From contig JAEPQE010000001.1 of NCBI GenBank assembly GCA_017640665.1, forward strand, positions 481,262 through 513,261: a stretch of DNA of 32,000 bases. Direction: 5' to 3'. Positions 1-8,551 of this stretch are shown in pieces. Position 1 is the stretch's first letter, and every line of letters begins with the position of its first letter. Source of the stretch: Balneolaceae bacterium. Lineage in GTDB: Bacteria; Bacteroidota; Rhodothermia; Balneolales; Balneolaceae. The position numbers and the translations under genes are program-made. The notes beneath the pieces are model-generated. The model had not been told where the DNA came from and did not search any database. It was given only the letters and a program-made list of their open reading frames with translations.

Positions 1-2
1 TG

Positions 3-3000
3 GACGAAATCTCTTATAAGGCCAGCAGCACAATGATGAATGCCGCATTCTTTGGGCAATTAATTATTCTCATTGTATTTACTCCCATTCTTTTTCTTGA
101 AGGAGTGGAAGGAAAAATGTTTCGCCCAATGGCCTTTACCTTTGGATTTGCAGTACTGGGTGCCATTATTCTTTGCTTGACCTATGTACCTATGATCTCG
201 GCAGTAGTTATGCGGCCATCAAATAACACATCAAATTGGTTTGTAAGAATTGAAGGTGCTCTAGACCGATTCAGCAATAAGATTATAGAACAAATCCAAA
301 GAGTTTACCGTCCGGTAATTATACAATCTCTGAACAGAAAAGCATTGGTTATTGGGCTGGCAGTGATCCTTTTCGCTGCTGCTATTTTTACTTTTACGAG
401 AATGGGTGGAGAATTCATTCCACAACTTGATGAAGGCGATATTACAATGCAAGCTCTGATAAGACCAGGGAGCGGTCTTACCGAATCGATTGAAGTATCT
501 AAAAAAATTGAGAAAATACTTCTTGATGAGTTCCCGGAAGTAGAAACCGTTACTGCTCGTATTGGTGTGGCAGATATCCCAACAGATCCAATGCCCTTTG
601 ATATTGCTGATATGTATGTCATTCTAAATAAAGACAAAGACAGCTGGGTTTCGGCTGCTTCTAAAGATGAGCTTATCGATAAAATTAAAGCTACCCTTGA
701 CGAATCTCTCGTCGGGGTGAACCTGGTATTTACTCAACCCGTTGAACTTCGGTTTAATGAGCTACTGGAAGGCGTGAGAGAGGATATTGCGGTAAAACTG
801 TATGGGGAAGATTTAGAAATACTTTCCCAAAAAGTGAATGAAATGGCTTCGATCATTCAAACGGTTCCCGGCGTTGGGGATGTTAGCCCCGAAAGAATAG
901 CCGGGCTGCCTCAGATGACGGTTCAATATAATCGTGATAAAGTAGCACAATACGGTCTTACTATTGAAAAACTAAACGAATACATTAGTACTGCTTTTGC
1001 CGGGGGTGTTGCCGGAGTTGTGTTTGAAGGGGAAAAACGGTTCGATCTAGTGGTTCGTTTTGATGAAACGTTCAGAACCGGAATTGAAGATCTTCAAAAC
1101 CTATACATCGACCTTGAGAATGGCACACAGGTTCCTATCAAAGAAGTTGCTGATATAAGTTACCAGCCTGGACCAATGCAGATATCTCGGGACAATACGT
1201 TCCGCAGAACCTATGTTGGTGTAAATGCCCGTGGTCGTGATGTGGAGTCTTTGGTTTCTGAAATTCAGGACAGGCTTGATGCCGAACTCTCCTTACCTCC
1301 GGGATATTATATCACCTATGGTGGAGAATTCGAAAATCTGCAACGGGCAAAAAGTCGGCTTGGCATTGTAGTACCTATTGCACTCTTTCTGATCTTTGTA
1401 CTGCTTTATTTTGCACTCAACTCTTTCGCACAATCGGTCATGATCTATCTGGCCATTCCACTGGCGGCAATCGGAGGAGTTTTCTTTCTGGAGCTGAGAG
1501 GAATGTCGTTCAGTATCTCTGCCGGAGTTGGGTTCATTGTACTTTTTGGAGTAGCCGTGCTTAACGGGCTTGTGCTTATTAGCAGGTTTAATTCATTAAA
1601 AGAAGAAGGGGTTGCTGACTTGAAAGAACGAATTTTGGCAGGTACGCAAGAGCGATTAAGACCTATTTTACTTACAGCAACAGCTGCCATCATGGGCTTT
1701 ACTCCAATGGCTTTTTCAGCATCAGCCGGAGCCGAAGTACAACGCCCGTTAGCAACGGTAGTAATTGGTGGGCTTATTTCCGCTACGCTACTTTCACTAG
1801 TTGTACTACCCGTTCTTTATGCCATTGAAGAAAAATGGCAGGAGAAACGGCGGAATAGAAAAGCAGTAACTGTAAGTTCTATGTTACTGATTTTAGGTAG
1901 TTCCTTTTTATTATCTGGAAATCTGCAAGCTCAAGAGTTAAATACTCGAAGTTTAATACCATTAACCGTCGAACAAGCCGTTAGTAAGGCGCTGGAAAAC
2001 TATCCGGCCATCAAAGCTGCGGAACTTAGTATTGAAAGCGAACGAGCCCTAAAAAAATCAGCTTGGGACTTTGGAGATACCGGGATTTTTACTGGAAAAG
2101 AAGAAGTAGGAAATGGCTCTGATGGAATTAATACAAGGTTCGGAATTTCTCAGGAATTTGACCTATTTCGGATTCCATCTAGGATAAACTTACAAAGAGC
2201 TAAGCAGCAATTGGCTGAGGACAATCTGGAACTTGCCAAAGCTCAAATCCAGCTACAGGTTCAACGAAGCTGGGCGGAGGTATATACAGCTCTGCAAAAA
2301 TTTGAGTTGCTGGATAAGCTATATGCTCAATACTCAGAGATTACAAGAGCCGCAGAACTACGTTTGGAAACAGAAGCGAGTTCAAAACTGGAATATTTGT
2401 CCTTAGTTAACCAAGCCAATGATCTGAAGATCCAGACCGACCAAGCACGACAAGATTATCGCGCTGCAATGTCAGTATTTAATCAATGGTTTGGAGGAGA
2501 CTCACTCTACACAACGGAAGCGCTGAGCAGAGAGCTGCTTGATATACCAGTAGACCAATTCAATAGTTCTAGTACACACCCTTTGTTGATGAAAGCAGAG
2601 CAAAATATCGAGGTTTCAGAAGCAGAATCGAAGAGCACTAAAAGTGCCTTTCTACCTCGTCTTGAAGCAAGTTATTCTGCACAAGAAATTTCCGGTCAAA
2701 CAGGATTTTATAGCTATGAAGTTGGTATCCGGGTTCCATTATTTTTTTGGTCACAACTTGGAAAAACTCAATCGTCGCAGATTCAAACTAAGATTACGCG
2801 AAATCAATTTGAAGAAGCTGAAAGAACTTTTTGGAGTATGTACTCTCAGGCAAAAGAGAATTATATCAAATGGAATAACTCTTGGACCTATTACAAGCAA
2901 GAGGCATTACCTCTGGCAGAGGAACAACAAAGTGCAGCTATTACCGCATACCAAGAAGGAGCCGTCGATTATATCATGTTTTTGCAGAATCTAAGAGACG

Positions 3001-3095
3001 CTCTCAATATTGAACTAAAAGCCTGGGATGCCTTCGGTGACTTATTGGATAGTCGCTATATCCTTCAATACTACTCACAATCATCAAGAAATTAA
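3..3095 (+). CDS. czcA: CusA/CzcA-family heavy-metal RND efflux permease (5'-partial, last ~615 aa) fused in frame to a TolC/CzcC-like outer membrane factor (~385 aa)
   Basis: The frame is open from the window edge: codons DEISYKASST precede the ATG at 33 with no stop. It carries RND-type TM and porter segments (FGQLIILIVFTPILFLEGVEGKMFRPMA; AGAEVQRPLATVVIGGLISATLLSLVVLPVLY). After EKRRNRK there is a signal-peptide-like stretch (MLLILGSSFLLSGNLQA/QE, ATG at 1881). This is followed by OMF-like coiled-coil and beta repeats (LTVEQAVSKALENYPAIKAAEL...). No stop codon separates the two parts. Confidence 0.9.
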   Translation, partial: DEISYKASSTMMNAAFFGQLIILIVFTPILFLEGVEGKMFRPMAFTFGFAVLGAIILCLTYVPMISAVVMRPSNNTSNWFVRIEGALDRFSNKIIEQIQRVYRPVIIQSLNRKALVIGLAVILFAAAIFTFTRMGGEFIPQLDEGDITMQALIRPGSGLTESIEVSKKIEKILLDEFPEVETVTARIGVADIPTDPMPFDIADMYVILNKDKDSWVSAASKDELIDKIKATLDESLVGVNLVFTQPVELRFNELLEGVREDIAVKLYGEDLEILSQKVNEMASIIQTVPGVGDVSPERIAGLPQMTVQYNRDKVAQYGLTIEKLNEYISTAFAGGVAGVVFEGEKRFDLVVRFDETFRTGIEDLQNLYIDLENGTQVPIKEVADISYQPGPMQISRDNTFRRTYVGVNARGRDVESLVSEIQDRLDAELSLPPGYYITYGGEFENLQRAKSRLGIVVPIALFLIFVLLYFALNSFAQSVMIYLAIPLAAIGGVFFLELRGMSFSISAGVGFIVLFGVAVLNGLVLISRFNSLKEEGVADLKERILAGTQERLRPILLTATAAIMGFTPMAFSASAGAEVQRPLATVVIGGLISATLLSLVVLPVLYAIEEKWQEKRRNRKAVTVSSMLLILGSSFLLSGNLQAQELNTRSLIPLTVEQAVSKALENYPAIKAAELSIESERALKKSAWDFGDTGIFTGKEEVGNGSDGINTRFGISQEFDLFRIPSRINLQRAKQQLAEDNLELAKAQIQLQVQRSWAEVYTALQKFELLDKLYAQYSEITRAAELRLETEASSKLEYLSLVNQANDLKIQTDQARQDYRAAMSVFNQWFGGDSLYTTEALSRELLDIPVDQFNSSSTHPLLMKAEQNIEVSEAESKSTKSAFLPRLEASYSAQEISGQTGFYSYEVGIRVPLFFWSQLGKTQSSQIQTKITRNQFEEAERTFWSMYSQAKENYIKWNNSWTYYKQEALPLAEEQQSAAITAYQEGAVDYIMFLQNLRDALNIELKAWDAFGDLLDSRYILQYYSQSSRN

Positions 3096-3114
3096 TTAAT
3101 CAGGAATAATCATT

Positions 3115-4317
3115 ATGAAAACAGAGCACATTTATTTATCACTTTTTAGCGTGTTTTTTTTAATTACAGCGGCGTGTGCACAAGGAGAATTAGAAGAGCA
3201 TACAGATATACCATTCGAACATACCTCTGAGGTAGTAAGCGAGGAAGAATCCACTGTTCATCTTTCAGAATTAAAGTTTAATGCACTGGGAATTAAATTA
3301 GATACCCTTCGAAAAAGATCATTATCAAATACAGTAAGAGTAAATGGACAACTCGAGGTTCCTCCTCAACACGAAGCGACCGTAACTTCGGTATTAGGAG
3401 CCAACATAGTTTCGATTGAGGTAATTGAAGGTGATTTCGTAACCAAGAACCAGATAGTAGCCTACCTCTCTCACCCTAATCTTATTCAGGTACAAACGGA
3501 ATATGTACGCAGTTGGAGACAGATGAATTATTTAGAAAGAGAATACCAACGGCAAAAAAGATTATACGACGAAGAAATAGGGTCTGGGCAGCAGTTCCAA
3601 CAAACAGAAGCCGAATATGAAGCCACTCGAGCTGAAGTGAAGGGGTCTGAAGCTCGTTTAAGGCAGTTAAATTTGAATGCTGAGGAAGTTCGGAGTGGTA
3701 CGATCTATGAAAGAATCCCTGTTGTATCTCCTATCGAAGGATATGTTGAAGATGTAGGAATTCAGATCGGACAATATGTAGACCCGCAGGCTACCTTATT
3801 TGAGATAATAAACGTTGAGCATATACATGCCGATTTTATGGTTTATGAAAAAGATGTGCGTCAATTAAAAAAAGGACAACAAATTTTGTTTACTGTAGAG
3901 TCGGGATATGATGAAGAACTAGTAGCTAGTATTTATTCAATTGGAAAAAAGTTTGAACAAGAACCGAAAGCGGTTCATGTACATGCCGAAATTGATGATC
4001 CTCAAGAATATCTGATTCCCGGAATGTATATCAGGGGGAGTATTCAAACTTCCTCAGAAAAAGTATGGGCGATTCCAGAAGATGCGATAGTAACTGAAGA
4101 TGGTAAATCGTTGATGTTTTTAGCTGAAAAGGAAATAGAAAATGGGGAGGTAGAGTGGAAATTTATCCCTCTGGAAATTAGCACTGGAATACAGGAAGGA
4201 AACTGGGTGGAAGTTAAATTGTTTGAGCCACTTCCGGAAAATGCGCAGGTGGTAATGAATAATGCCTATTACCTAATCTCTGAAATGAAAAAAAGCGAAA
4301 CAGGACATGATGATTAA
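3115..4317 (+). CDS. Efflux RND periplasmic adaptor subunit (CzcB/HlyD membrane-fusion protein family), probable lipoprotein
   Basis: 400-aa ORF starting 19 nt after the pump gene. It has an N-terminal signal with Cys (FFLITAAC), a coiled-coil hairpin region (YQRQKRLYDEEIGSGQQFQQTEAEYEATRAEVKGSEARLRQL) and barrel-sandwich/beta-barrel segments typical of MFPs. It sits next to the RND pump. Confidence 0.9.
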   Translation: MKTEHIYLSLFSVFFLITAACAQGELEEHTDIPFEHTSEVVSEEESTVHLSELKFNALGIKLDTLRKRSLSNTVRVNGQLEVPPQHEATVTSVLGANIVSIEVIEGDFVTKNQIVAYLSHPNLIQVQTEYVRSWRQMNYLEREYQRQKRLYDEEIGSGQQFQQTEAEYEATRAEVKGSEARLRQLNLNAEEVRSGTIYERIPVVSPIEGYVEDVGIQIGQYVDPQATLFEIINVEHIHADFMVYEKDVRQLKKGQQILFTVESGYDEELVASIYSIGKKFEQEPKAVHVHAEIDDPQEYLIPGMYIRGSIQTSSEKVWAIPEDAIVTEDGKSLMFLAEKEIENGEVEWKFIPLEISTGIQEGNWVEVKLFEPLPENAQVVMNNAYYLISEMKKSETGHDD

Positions 4318-4326
4318 TAGTACTAA

Positions 4327-4896
4327 ATGAAAAATCAAGAATACTTTCACATAAAAAACATGGTATGTAGCCACTGTGCGGAGGTTTTGGAAGAAAAACT
4401 TTCCGCGGCAGATTTTGCAGTGAAGCATATTGAATTGGGTGAACTCACTCTTAACGAACCTATCTCTGATGAGGAATACCGAAGGCTGATTAAAATAGTT
4501 CAAAAAAATGGATTCGAGATCATCAATGATCAGGGAAGTAAGACGGTAGAACAAATCAAACAACTTATCATACAGTTAGTACGAACCAATAAGGAGCTTT
4601 CAGGAAAGCTTTCAGACTATCTTGCTAAAAGTTTGAGTAAGGACTACCAATATCTTAGCCGTTTGTTCTCAAATGTTGAAGGGAAATCCATTGAACGATA
4701 CTACATTCTTCAGAAGATTGAGCGGGCAAAAGAACTCATTGTATATGGTGAGCTTAACCTGACAGAGATTGCCTATGAATTAGGCTACAGCAGTCAGCAG
4801 CATTTTTCCCGTCAGTTCAAAGCTGAAACCGGACTATCCCCGTCTCATTTTAAGGAAATAAAGGAAAATAAAAGGGTGTCGATTGATCAGATATAA
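4327..4896 (+). CDS. AraC-family transcriptional regulator with N-terminal heavy-metal-associated (HMA, CxxC) domain
   Basis: The N-terminal ~70 aa has the M-x-C-x-x-C motif (NMVCSHCAEVLEEKL) in a ferredoxin-like pattern. The C-terminus is an AraC HTH (LTEIAYELGYSSQQHFSRQFKAETGLSPSHFKE). The gene starts 9 nt after the adaptor stop and ends 80 nt before the ATPase. Confidence 0.85.
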   Translation: MKNQEYFHIKNMVCSHCAEVLEEKLSAADFAVKHIELGELTLNEPISDEEYRRLIKIVQKNGFEIINDQGSKTVEQIKQLIIQLVRTNKELSGKLSDYLAKSLSKDYQYLSRLFSNVEGKSIERYYILQKIERAKELIVYGELNLTEIAYELGYSSQQHFSRQFKAETGLSPSHFKEIKENKRVSIDQI

Positions 4897-4976
4897 CAAA
4901 ATACTACACGAGAATTACATAAATCTGCAATCTAATGGAGAGTTATAACGCTATTATGAAATAAAAAAGGAATCCC

Positions 4977-6923
4977 ATGATAGCATTTATAAAAAAGTAC
5001 AAAGAAGCGATTATCAGTGCAGTTACACTTGTAGCTGCATTGATTGTAGAATATGTAGTTTCATTCGAGGGCAGCCATTATGTATATCTCTCACTGTATG
5101 GTATTTCCTACATAGCTGTTGGAGGACCAGTCTGGATCAAAGCGATTAAATTCATTCGAAGCGGAACTCTTTTTAGTGAATTCTTTCTGATGGGAATTGC
5201 AACTGTTGGTGCATTTGCATTGGGAGAATATGCTGAAGGAGTTGCGGTAATGCTTTTTTACATGGTTGGAGAATATGCCCAGCATGGAGCTGTGCATAAA
5301 GCCAGGAACTCAATAAAAAAACTCATTGATCAACAACCTGATATAGCTATCGTGGAACGACATGGAGAATCGGTTGAGGTACACCCTTCAAAGATTCAAA
5401 TAGGAGAAGTAATTATAGTGAAACCGGGAGGAAAGGTACCATTAGATGGTATATTATTAAGCAAAAAAGCTTCGGTTAATGCCGCAGCTCTTACAGGAGA
5501 ATCGAAGCCGGTTCAGCGGTATGAAGGAGAAGAAGTCTGGGCAGGATCAATTAATGAGACGGTTCCAATTAAAATGGAGGTGATAAGCAGTTATAAAGAT
5601 TCTAAACTGGCAAATATCCTGAATATGGTTCAGGAGGCTACCCAAAGGAAAGCACCAACACAACGGTTCATGACTAAATTTGCAAGAGTCTACACTCCTG
5701 TTGTTGTATGGCTCGCAGTAGCGTTGACCTTTCTTCCATACTTCTTTGTTGATGAGTATGTATTTCAGGACTGGTTTTATAAAGCGCTTATTTTTCTGGT
5801 GGTTTCATGTCCGTGTGGATTGGTAATATCCATTCCATTAGGGTATTTCGGAGGTATAGGAGCAGCTTCACAGAATGGAATTCTTCTGAAAGGGTCAGAT
5901 TATCTGGATCAGCTCAGAAAAATGAAAACCCTGTTTATGGATAAAACAGGCACCCTGACCGAAGGCACTTTTGAAGTAAGACAAGTCATAGCGCATAATG
6001 GACTAAGTGAAGATGAAATTATAGCATATGCTGCCTCCCTAGAGAAACACTCCACACATCCTATTGGTAAAGCAATTCTTGAATTTAAGAATGGCAAGGA
6101 ATTGTATGAAAGCGAACAGCAAGAAGAAATTTCAGGAAAGGGATTAAAGGGTTTGGTTGCTCAGAGACGGGTATTGGTGGGTAATCAGGAATTATTCAAG
6201 AGTAACCAGGTTGCTATTCAATCCATCGACTATTCAAACCCTGATACATTGGTTCATGTAGCGGTGGATGGGGAGCATGAAGGTACCATAATTATCGCGG
6301 ATAAGATCAAAGAAGATAGCAGACATGCTATTTCACTGCTCCGGGCAAAAGGGGTAGAACGATTAGTTATGTTATCAGGAGATAATGAACAGGTTGCAAC
6401 TTCTGTAGGAAAGCAACTTAATCTGGACGAGACTTATGGAGGATTACTCCCGGATGAAAAATATAAATATCTGGAACAGGCTCTGGGGAAAGGAAAAGTT
6501 GTGGGATTTGTAGGAGATGGAGTAAATGATGCTCCAGTCATTACCTTAGCTGATGTGGGTATTGCAATGGGTGGGATTGGTTCAGATGCTACGGTAGAAA
6601 CAGCTGATGTGGTTATCCAGACTGACCAACCTTCAAAAATTCCATTGGCAATAGATATAGCAACGTTTACCCACCGGATCGTTTGGCAAAACATAGCTCT
6701 TGCGATGGGAATCAAGATTCTTGTAATGTCTATGGCGGCATTTGGTATCGCAACTATGTGGGAGGCTATTTTTGCAGATGTGGGGGTAGCATTGATCGCA
6801 ATCGGGAATGCCATTCGTATTCAAAGAAGGTTTTCAGATAATCAGTCTATCTTTTCTTTCTTTAAACCCTCTGATAAACAAAATAAAACTGAGTCATATT
6901 CTCACTTGTGTGAGACCTGTTAA
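4977..6923 (+). CDS. Heavy-metal translocating P1B-type ATPase, Zn/Cd/Pb-type signature, no N-terminal HMA domain
   Basis: Motifs present: TGES (LTGESKP), CPC in TM6 (SCPCGLVISIP), DKTGTLT and GDGVNDAP. It also has a TM7 Lys (GIK) and TM8 D-x-G (FADVGVALIAIGNAIR), typical of ZntA/CadA-like pumps. The protein begins directly with TM helices. Confidence 0.93.
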   Translation: MIAFIKKYKEAIISAVTLVAALIVEYVVSFEGSHYVYLSLYGISYIAVGGPVWIKAIKFIRSGTLFSEFFLMGIATVGAFALGEYAEGVAVMLFYMVGEYAQHGAVHKARNSIKKLIDQQPDIAIVERHGESVEVHPSKIQIGEVIIVKPGGKVPLDGILLSKKASVNAAALTGESKPVQRYEGEEVWAGSINETVPIKMEVISSYKDSKLANILNMVQEATQRKAPTQRFMTKFARVYTPVVVWLAVALTFLPYFFVDEYVFQDWFYKALIFLVVSCPCGLVISIPLGYFGGIGAASQNGILLKGSDYLDQLRKMKTLFMDKTGTLTEGTFEVRQVIAHNGLSEDEIIAYAASLEKHSTHPIGKAILEFKNGKELYESEQQEEISGKGLKGLVAQRRVLVGNQELFKSNQVAIQSIDYSNPDTLVHVAVDGEHEGTIIIADKIKEDSRHAISLLRAKGVERLVMLSGDNEQVATSVGKQLNLDETYGGLLPDEKYKYLEQALGKGKVVGFVGDGVNDAPVITLADVGIAMGGIGSDATVETADVVIQTDQPSKIPLAIDIATFTHRIVWQNIALAMGIKILVMSMAAFGIATMWEAIFADVGVALIAIGNAIRIQRRFSDNQSIFSFFKPSDKQNKTESYSHLCETC

Positions 6924-6953
6924 AAGACGTTTTGTTTTAGCGGAAATAAAAAA

Positions 6954-6975
6954 GCCCTCGGAAAGAGGGCTTTTT
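6954..6975. terminator. Rho-independent terminator hairpin (bidirectional: A-run upstream, T-run downstream)
   Basis: GCCCTC (6954-6959) - GGAAA loop - GAGGGC (6965-6970), followed by TTTTT and preceded by AAAAAA. It lies 30 nt after the ATPase stop and directly 3' of the minus-strand tRNA-Met fragment. Confidence 0.7.
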
Positions 6976-6979
6976 GTAG

Positions 6980-7027
6980 TGACGGGGACAGGATTACAAC
7001 CTGCGACCTTCGGGTTATGATCCCCGA
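6980..7027 (-). other. tRNA-Met(CAU)-like 3' fragment (anticodon arm to 3' acceptor strand), att-site-like remnant and not a functional tRNA
   Basis: The minus strand reads tcggg-gatcataa-cccga-aggtc-gcagg-ttgtaat-cctgt-ccccgtc-a. It closely parallels the E. coli tRNA-fMet 3' part (TCGGG-CTCATAA-CCCGA-AGGTC-...). The loop has 8 nt, the T loop is atypical, and no D arm or 5' acceptor strand lies upstream. The integrase stop codon is 2 nt away. Confidence 0.65.
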
Positions 7028-7029
7028 TA

Positions 7030-8355
7030 TCACTCCGAAAACAACATCTCATCGTAGGCATCAATAACTTGATCCTCAAAAGATTCTAAATATCCTTGAG
7101 TAACTTGTTCTGTACTATGACCTAATGCTTCTTGTATGGCACTTGTCGGCACACCCTTTCTCTTTGATCTGGTAGCATAAGTATGACGTGCACTATAAAA
7201 AGTAATATCCGGTGCACCGATCTTTTTCCCAATTCTTCCCAATGTCCGATTGAGCGTATTTCTCTTTTCCTTTATCACTTCATAGTAATCCGCTTCTTCT
7301 ATTTCATCTGACAGAATTGGAAAGACAAAATCACCCGATTGGGCTTCTTTCAGATCAATATGCTTGGCAATGATCTCTAACAACTTTGGGTGAATGGCTA
7401 TACTGTATCGTTTTCCAGTTTTTTGCCTTTGATAGGTGAGACGGGATAAATCATTATTCAGATCAGATACTTTAAGCAAAGCCATATCCATCCAGTTCAT
7501 CCCTCTCAAATAATAAGAAGTCAGGAACAGATCTCTAGCTCTTTCTTCAGCTACATTTCCTTTTAAGTCAATTTCTAGCAGCGCTTCAAAACTACTATCG
7601 CTTAACGCTTTTCGATCCGGAGAGCCTTTTTTAATGGTGTATTCACTAAACGGGTAATGCTTTTTGTGAACCAACCCTTCTTTGATTGCATCATTGTATC
7701 GGGCACGTAGAGTGCGAAGATATACACCTAACCCTCCGTAACTATTCCCATCAGCAAGATGTTCGGCTTCCAGTCGTTTCAAAAAAGCATAATTGATCTG
7801 CTCAAATCGAAGCGTTTTGCCATTATGAAAAGATTTCAGCTTATATAGCAAATCTTCATGGGATTTTGCGTAGCCATTTCTTCCGGCTTTCCTGAATTGC
7901 TTAATACTGGAAGTTAGGTATTCAAACACATCTTTAGATTGACTTCCGCTCTTTACGCTTTTGCCTGTCGCGAGTTCAACGGGATGTCCTTGTGCAAGAT
8001 CATCTATGGCATTAACGACATCATCATTCTCTGCTTTTAGTCCCCACTTCAGAAATTGTCCGATTTCTTTAATATCCAGGTCAAACAGAATTCCCCGGTC
8101 GAGCAGGGCGGTACTTGCATCGTTAAGTTTGGATAATTGCTTACCAATGAGGTTGTTGAACCTGGTTGTATTCTCTACGACTTTTGAACTTGATTTGAGC
8201 CTTTGATTTTTAGCATCCCATTCCTTTTCTGGCAGATGCAAACCAAGCGGTATATAAGTCTGTTTTCCATTGACGGTAATCCTTACGTTGATCGGGTAGG
8301 TACCATCCTTCTTCTTTCTATTTTTGAGTAATACAATCTTTGATGTGAAACCCAT
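7030..8355 (-). CDS. int: Tyrosine-type site-specific integrase/recombinase with N-terminal arm-binding/SAM-like domains
   Basis: 441-aa ORF with an ATG start. C-terminal catalytic signature: ...FYSARHTYATRSKRKGVPTSAIQEALGHSTEQVTQGYL (H-x-x-R, G-H, Y). The N-terminus (KKDGTYPINVRITVNGKQTYIPLG) resembles the arm-type DNA-binding domain of Bacteroidota integrases. Confidence 0.95.
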   Translation of the reverse strand: MGFTSKIVLLKNRKKKDGTYPINVRITVNGKQTYIPLGLHLPEKEWDAKNQRLKSSSKVVENTTRFNNLIGKQLSKLNDASTALLDRGILFDLDIKEIGQFLKWGLKAENDDVVNAIDDLAQGHPVELATGKSVKSGSQSKDVFEYLTSSIKQFRKAGRNGYAKSHEDLLYKLKSFHNGKTLRFEQINYAFLKRLEAEHLADGNSYGGLGVYLRTLRARYNDAIKEGLVHKKHYPFSEYTIKKGSPDRKALSDSSFEALLEIDLKGNVAEERARDLFLTSYYLRGMNWMDMALLKVSDLNNDLSRLTYQRQKTGKRYSIAIHPKLLEIIAKHIDLKEAQSGDFVFPILSDEIEEADYYEVIKEKRNTLNRTLGRIGKKIGAPDITFYSARHTYATRSKRKGVPTSAIQEALGHSTEQVTQGYLESFEDQVIDAYDEMLFSE

Positions 8356-8494
8356 ATATGGTGGAATTGAAAATTAATATATAATTAATATAAAATATAT
8401 GGGTTTTTATGGTTTGATCCGATTCTTAAAAAGAAAAATAGTGCTTTTATTTGCCTAAAAAAGCATTTTTAATACTATCTGAAACCATACTTAA

Positions 8495-8541
8495 CCTGAC
8501 TACGAATCAGGCGGTTAGAAGTTCGAATCTTCTCGGGTGTA
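8495..8541 (+). other. tRNA-Arg(ACG) 3' fragment (anticodon arm through discriminator), att-site-like and lacking the 5' third
   Basis: cctga-ctacgaa-tcagg-cggtt-agaag-ttcgaat-cttct-cgggtgt-a. The anticodon stem-loop (ACG), the canonical TTCGAAT T loop and the 7-nt 3' acceptor strand are all perfect. The required 5' strand (acacccg) and D arm are absent from the ~30 nt upstream (aatactatctgaaaccatacttaa). Confidence 0.75.
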
Positions 8542-8551
8542 CACCTACATA

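Larger units (their letters stand above)
6980..8541. mobile_element. Integrase module bounded by two different tRNA 3' fragments; junction or remnant of one or more tRNA-targeting integrative elements
   Basis: An int gene with outward-facing tRNA-Met-like and tRNA-Arg 3' fragments at its two ends. The true element boundaries cannot be determined within the window. Confidence 0.5.

Noticed and set aside
261-2994. ORF-track entries 261-452(-), 305-637(-), 1445-1693(-) and 2644-2994(+), all inside the RND/OMF gene
   Set aside because: They are antisense or out-of-frame shadows lying entirely within a long ORF that has strong family motifs. Their sequences are low-complexity or Ser/Arg/Lys-rich with no recognisable domains.
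4273-6824. ORFs 4273-4563(-), 5091-5297(-), 5909-6097(-), 6434-6814(-) and 6633-6824(-)
   Set aside because: These are shadow ORFs overlapping the AraC and P-type ATPase genes, with no independent support.
6808-7079. ORFs 6808-7020(+) and 6894-7079(-), spanning the ATPase 3' end, the terminator and the tRNA-Met-like fragment
   Set aside because: They run through a terminator hairpin and tRNA-like sequence. Their translated products have no protein-like features.
7961-8206. ORF 7961-8206(+) inside the integrase
   Set aside because: It is an antisense shadow of a well-supported tyrosine recombinase ORF.
8466-8545. Possibility that 8466-8545 is a complete tRNA-Arg gene
   Set aside because: The 3' acceptor strand cgggtgt requires acacccg about 65 nt upstream, together with a D arm. 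The sequence there (aagcatttttaatactatctgaaaccatacttaa) contains neither, so it is called a fragment only.
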